DNA from: Actinomycetota bacterium
GTDB taxonomy: Bacteria; Actinomycetota; Humimicrobiia; Humimicrobiales; Humimicrobiaceae
Direction: 5' to 3'
Assembly: GCA_034660395.1 (NCBI GenBank)
Contig: JAYEJA010000054.1
Span: forward strand, 1 to 62,779
Length of the DNA stretch: 62,779 nucleotides
Position numbers and translations under genes: made by a program. Below the pieces are notes generated by a model. The model made no database searches and had not been told where the DNA came from. It worked only from the letters and a program-made list of their open reading frames with translations. Of the stretch, positions 59,801 through 62,779 are shown piece after piece. The first letter of the stretch is position 1. Each line of letters begins with the position of its first letter.

Positions 59801-60355
59801 TCTTGTACCGCCCTGCTTGATGGTATCTGTAGCTGCATTAAACACCGTCATAAAAGATATCGGACCGCTTGAAACTCCTTTTGTAGAGAGTACCACATCG
59901 TTTTTAGGCCTGATGTTAGAAAATGAATACCCGACTCCCCCTCCGGACTTCTGAATCAGTGCTGTTTCCTTCAGCGCCTCAAAAATAGCAGTCATGGAAT
60001 CGCCTACCGGCAGAACAAAACATGCCGACAGCTGCTGGAGCTCTTTACCCGCATTCATAAGGGTTGGTGAATTCGGCAAAAAATCAAGGTCTGCCATTAT
60101 GTCAAAAAACTGCTTTTCTATCTCTCCTACTTCCTCTTCTGTCCTGCCGTACTTCCCTTCTGCCAACGCAACATTCCTCGCAACTCTTACAAACATATCT
60201 CTCGGGGTTTCGAGTAAAACTCCTTTCTCATCTCTTTTAAGGTACCTTCTTTCCAGAACCTTAACGGCATTTTCAGATAGATTAACTTTTTTACTCAGGT
60301 AATAACTGTTCTTTTGTTTTTTATTAACCTTCTTTTTCGTATCTTCGGCTTCCAT
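56843..60355 (-). CDS. nrdJ: Class II (adenosylcobalamin-dependent) ribonucleotide reductase with intein, C-terminal TSCPD-like domain and Zn ribbon
   Basis: PNSPTLMNAG, LSACFV, RRGANM, NP-[intein]-CGEQ, ACNLGSINL, TTIAPTGT, GCYTCRSCGYSKC. Confidence 0.93.
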   Translation of the reverse strand: MEAEDTKKKVNKKQKNSYYLSKKVNLSENAVKVLERRYLKRDEKGVLLETPRDMFVRVARNVALAEGKYGRTEEEVGEIEKQFFDIMADLDFLPNSPTLMNAGKELQQLSACFVLPVGDSMTAIFEALKETALIQKSGGGVGYSFSNIRPKNDVVLSTKGVSSGPISFMTVFNAATDTIKQGGTRRGANMGILRVDHPDILDFITSKEDNEKLTNFNISVGVTEKFMKAVENDEEYEIVNPRTKEVVDKYKAKEVFSKIVENAWKSGDPGIVFLDRLNKDNPTPNMGQIESTNPCVSGKTLISTDRGFIKAGDLYEMIKAGENVSMLFDKRALEYKVSKEFSDKNLDIFKNENIKSWNRGKKDTYRLKTYSGYEIEATPEHKVLTTNGYKELIELKKDDEVLIQPLGKFVANRKIFSNGKVKELNSFTKRKILDLPEYWSCELGEILGWLIGDGWLRDDRVEFTFGHEDRELASYFNQIISRWYNYNVKEIIRENGVINLSYHSKGFVEFFKELGVKACTSRQKEVPESLMRAPKEASVGFLKGIFSSDGSIDDTDGTIKISSSSKKLLKGVQMLLLNLGIKSNILTRKYSFSKNFSYTNKEGEHKSYKAGDDNYFGLFISGGVSKKRFQKEAGFLLERKEKLLKSFKFEKLSSKNYYNEFIDRVEEVKYAGRKEVFDFNEPVSNSYIANGIVVRNCGEQPLLPYEACNLGSINLANMAKEEEGIKQVDYDRLKRIVHISVRFLDDVIDMSRYPLEKIEQMSRGNRKIGLGVMGYADLLIVLGIPYDSEEALELAQKIMSFIQDESKNASKELAKEKGVFPNFKGSVYDSPDGYEIRNVTTTTIAPTGTLSIIADCSSGVEPLFAISFVKNVMDNDKLVELNKYFKKIAIDEEFFSEDLMEKISEKGSLKDIEEVPKEYKRIFVTAHEISPKWHVRTQATFQKYVDNAVSKTVNFSSDATVQDVDASYMLAYRLGCKGITIFRDRSKGEQVLQVEGNGKGKIEKLKEPGSPGELKEGKLKPRPRPEVTYGMTKKYRIGNCGKLYVTINSDENGICEIFTNTGEEGCAALAEAVGRLISIAIRSGIDIESIKNQLEGIRCATCIADNNTHVLSCPDAIAKAVDFYLKGTNKFDLNAASGPRSLVVCPECGEIMEPEGGCYTCRSCGYSKCS
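58268..59473 (-). mobile_element. 402-aa intein with LAGLIDADG endonuclease, at the NP|CGEQ active-site motif
   Basis: Starts CVSGKT; block B ATPEH; LGWLIGDG and LKGIFSSDG; ends GIVVRN, followed by C+1. Confidence 0.93.
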
Positions 60356-60528
60356 TAACCGGCACCTCCATAACCTTTTAATTAATAATACAGAAGAAAC
60401 AATCGGATAATTATTTAAAACCCCGGGCCCGGAATAAAGAGAGCAAGAAAAACATTAATATTCGCACCATAATTTCTTTTTACTCTCCAAAATCTGCCGC
60501 TTATCTGCTCAGGGGGAACTTCATCTTC

Positions 60529-60581
60529 TTAACATATATTGTGTACATAATTATAATAATATACTATATATTGTATGTCAA
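60529..60581 (-). promoter_or_regulatory. nrdJ promoter with tandem NrdR boxes
   Basis: ATACTATATATTGTAT (60561-60576) and TTAACATATATTGTGT (60529-60544), 32 bp apart; TTGACA at 60581-60576. Confidence 0.8.
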
Positions 60582-60870
60582 TATGCGTTTTTGCTTAATT
60601 TGTAAAATTTTAACTTTTTAAAACTAAATTACAATAGATAACCTGAAAATCGTTTTTTTTATAATTCAGATGCATCATTTCCATTACGAAATTGCCATCA
60701 AATTCCCTAAAAAAACAATTAATAGCTGCTAATTGATTTAATTAAAAAATTTTTAAATTAAATAATACAACAACACAACCATTTCTGGTATAATAACTTA
60801 CCCGTATAGCAGGTAAAATGTATAAATTCATTTATTTTATAAACACACAGTTGAACCAGGGGCGTATATC

Positions 60871-60966
60871 ATGGGCTCGGTTATTAAAAAGAGAAGAAAA
60901 AAAATGAGAAAGAAAAAGCATAAAAAAATGCTTAAAAAAACAAGATGGCAGAGAAGAAATAAATAG
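60871..60966 (+). CDS. Small ribosomal protein bS22 (AURKAIP1/COX24-domain)
   Basis: MGSVIKKRRKKMRKKKHKKMLKKTRWQRRNK*; below the ORF-track size cutoff. Confidence 0.9.
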   Translation: MGSVIKKRRKKMRKKKHKKMLKKTRWQRRNK

Positions 60967-61082
60967 TATAAATAAAATTACCCTAACCTCATGCTGTCAT
61001 ATCTGCATCTTAATCATTTAATAACTGCATAATGCTAAAGATATTTTCTTTGTATATTATAAGTGGGATTCACTATAGATTA

Positions 61083-61988
61083 CTATAATTCTTTTACTAT
61101 CGGCATTAATTTCTTCTCCAGAAATTCCTCATCCTCTTTCATTTCTTCCCTGAAGATATGCCACTCTTCAATATGTTCGGCGCTGCCCCCCGGGGGTATC
61201 ATGCCAAGACCACCGAGTGTTTCCATTTCCAGCACCTCTGAATCAGTATAGACTTCTATGTTTGCGCCAAAATCTGGATACTTTGCATCGGGTTTATGTT
61301 TATAACTTTTAATAAAAAGGCACTCTTTAAGACTATAGGCAAACCAGCCGGCTGTATTCAGTACACCAATCTTCTGCTTTTCTTCTGCACCTGGAACCTG
61401 CCCCACCTGGATAAATTTATTACCCCAGATAAATCTGGAATCAGCCATCCTGGTATAGGGCCAGAGAACCAGCGAACGTGCCGGCTTTAGATCCGCATCC
61501 CCTGCCCTGTACGGCTCCTGCGGTATTATTGCCCTTCCGCCTTTTGCCATCACCGTAATTGCCCAGGGTGCTGCCTCTATCCCCCATTGGCTTTTATTAA
61601 CCAGCCGGTGTAATATTTTTACATTATTTTTCTTACCGAATGTTATTTCCATCTCTTTCCGGATGCCTGTTTTATCTTCCACATCCTGCACCATTTTCAG
61701 CGTTTCGCCATCCAGCTCGTAATTGACCGGGCCGTTATCCGGAGAATATGTACGGATAATATCTTCCGGAGAATGCCACAGTCTGTGGCCCCCATAAATC
61801 ATCCACTCATCTCCTCCGGTTTTTCCCTGCTGCTCCTTATTCTCTCCCAGAATATTTATACCATCTATAAAGCCGAACCGTATAATCCTTGGTCCAACGT
61901 CGGTTAAAATTACCGCTTCCATCTCTTCATTAGCAATACGTACACATTTTTTCCATCCGCCATATTCATAATTTTCAGTAATATCCAT
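61083..61988 (-). CDS. Conserved hypothetical protein (DUF4380 / aldose-epimerase-like fold)
   Basis: GPRIIRFG, YGGHRLWHSPE, YPDFGANIEVY and LEMETLG motifs. Confidence 0.65.
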   Translation of the reverse strand: MDITENYEYGGWKKCVRIANEEMEAVILTDVGPRIIRFGFIDGINILGENKEQQGKTGGDEWMIYGGHRLWHSPEDIIRTYSPDNGPVNYELDGETLKMVQDVEDKTGIRKEMEITFGKKNNVKILHRLVNKSQWGIEAAPWAITVMAKGGRAIIPQEPYRAGDADLKPARSLVLWPYTRMADSRFIWGNKFIQVGQVPGAEEKQKIGVLNTAGWFAYSLKECLFIKSYKHKPDAKYPDFGANIEVYTDSEVLEMETLGGLGMIPPGGSAEHIEEWHIFREEMKEDEEFLEKKLMPIVKEL

Positions 61989-62301
61989 AACAACCTTTCC
62001 ATTTATTTTAAAATCAATTCCGTCACTTAACTTTAAGAGGCTAAAAAGACCTTAAGACATTTTTTTTATTTTAACATCTCTGGAAATTATTTTCCCGTAT
62101 TATTTTCCGATTATTTTGACTTCAATCCTTTTAAATTCACCCTATAAATAACTGACACGAACCTTTTCAACCATAGTATAATATAAATAAGAAGGTGATT
62201 AATAAAAATCTATAGCGACAATTTGTTATTTATCCATAGTTGACGGTGCTCCCCGGGAATACCTCCGGCCTCTGGCAAAAAGGATACTAACTTTATTTAT
62301 A

Positions 62302-62610
62302 TTACTGCTTCTTATCTTTTTCCTTGCTATCCATTCCATCCATTATTTCTTTTATCTTTTTTTCCTCCCAGGAAGAGCCGGTTATCTTATGAAAAACGAA
62401 AACTCCCATGAAGTGCCAGAAAACGCCGATTCCCCAGAAAACCGTTACCCAGTAAAACCACCAGTTCCATGGTCCTGTAACGACATCGATTACAATAAGA
62501 ACTATATTTACCCCGATGTAGGAAAAAAGGTGTGCATAAAATCCCTTGATTTCCTCAACCCTCTTTTTCGCCTTTTTATATTTTTCTTCATCTTTTATTT
62601 TTTCTTCCAT
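62302..62610 (-). CDS. 2TM-domain protein
   Basis: AKKRVEEIKGFYAHLFSYIGVN, WGIG and WEEKKIKEIM motifs. Confidence 0.88.
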   Translation of the reverse strand: MEEKIKDEEKYKKAKKRVEEIKGFYAHLFSYIGVNIVLIVIDVVTGPWNWWFYWVTVFWGIGVFWHFMGVFVFHKITGSSWEEKKIKEIMDGMDSKEKDKKQ

Positions 62611-62654
62611 TATTCACTCCTTCTTTTATGATTTTTTTATTAAGTTCCAAATTG

Positions 62655-62779
62655 GTAGGGTCGAGAACTGGCGCGCCACTGACTCATCAGTACGTTTCCA
62701 GCTCCCGCCACATCAAACGCAGCATGCGGATTTCCCGCACTACGCTTTCTTGTTAACTTCTCCCAAAGACTTATTTGAC
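62655..62779 (-). mobile_element. 3' end (domains V and VI) of a group II intron; the remainder lies beyond the window
   Basis: DV AAGC-GUAG-UGCGG-GAAA-U-CCGCA-UG-CUGC-GUUU (AGC triad); DVI GAGCUGG...CCAGUUCUCGACCCUAC with bulged A at -7 and an AC terminus. Confidence 0.85.

Noticed and set aside
60356-60528. Cobalamin riboswitch in the nrdJ 5' region
   Set aside because: No B12-box (GCCACTG) or AGGGAA core is visible. A short ORF MVRILMFFLLSLFRARGFK has only a weak SD and no other support.
62190-62301. Possible selenoprotein (IKIYS...HS-TGA-RC) or structured RNA on the plus strand
   Set aside because: No canonical start, no UxxC motif, no recognisable SECIS, and it runs antisense into the 2TM gene.

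Overview
AT-rich bacterial chromosome segment. The bS22-like small protein and the HspR-like regulator suggest a low-GC, probably anaerobic Actinomycetota lineage, but this is inference only. Left to right: (1) an accessory block downstream of tRNA-Gln (AttH/lipocalin-like gene, TetR with an in-frame TAG, GH38 alpha-mannosidase with an in-frame TGA); (2) the housekeeping run rsmI-metG-tatD-rsmA-ispE-tRNA-Gln, preceded by an AbrB/RelE-like toxin-antitoxin pair; (3) a frameshifted MthK/TrkA-type K+ channel and a lesioned pstSCA-phoU operon with no pstB; (4) a five-tRNA operon with a long leader hairpin; (5) HAD, M50 protease, YihY, Mut7-C, PlsC and a second AbrB/PIN TA pair; (6) a grpE-less hspR-dnaK-hsp20-dnaJ-clpB operon whose DnaK carries the diderm-type insert; (7) an amino-sugar locus (ROK repressor, two ABC sets, GH3, ROK kinase, nagA, PAS-GGDEF-degenerate HD-GYP) in which both binding-protein genes share a ~340-bp duplicated leader/signal module containing a strongly SD-led micro-ORF with reciprocal poly-A length differences; (8) plsY-nrdR, a GGQ-less aeRF1-like protein, an acyltransferase, a P-type ATPase, DtxR-FeoA and feoB; (9) a complete 1,933-bp two-gene IS with 16-bp TIRs and a 9-bp TSD; (10) an ABC-2 exporter, a macrodomain protein, nrdJ with a 402-aa LAGLIDADG intein and tandem NrdR boxes, bS22, and the 3' end (DV/DVI) of a group II intron at the right edge. 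Several single-base homopolymer indels and in-frame stops could be real decay, phase variation or sequencing error. Reads are needed to decide. All product calls come from motif recognition; no database search was run.
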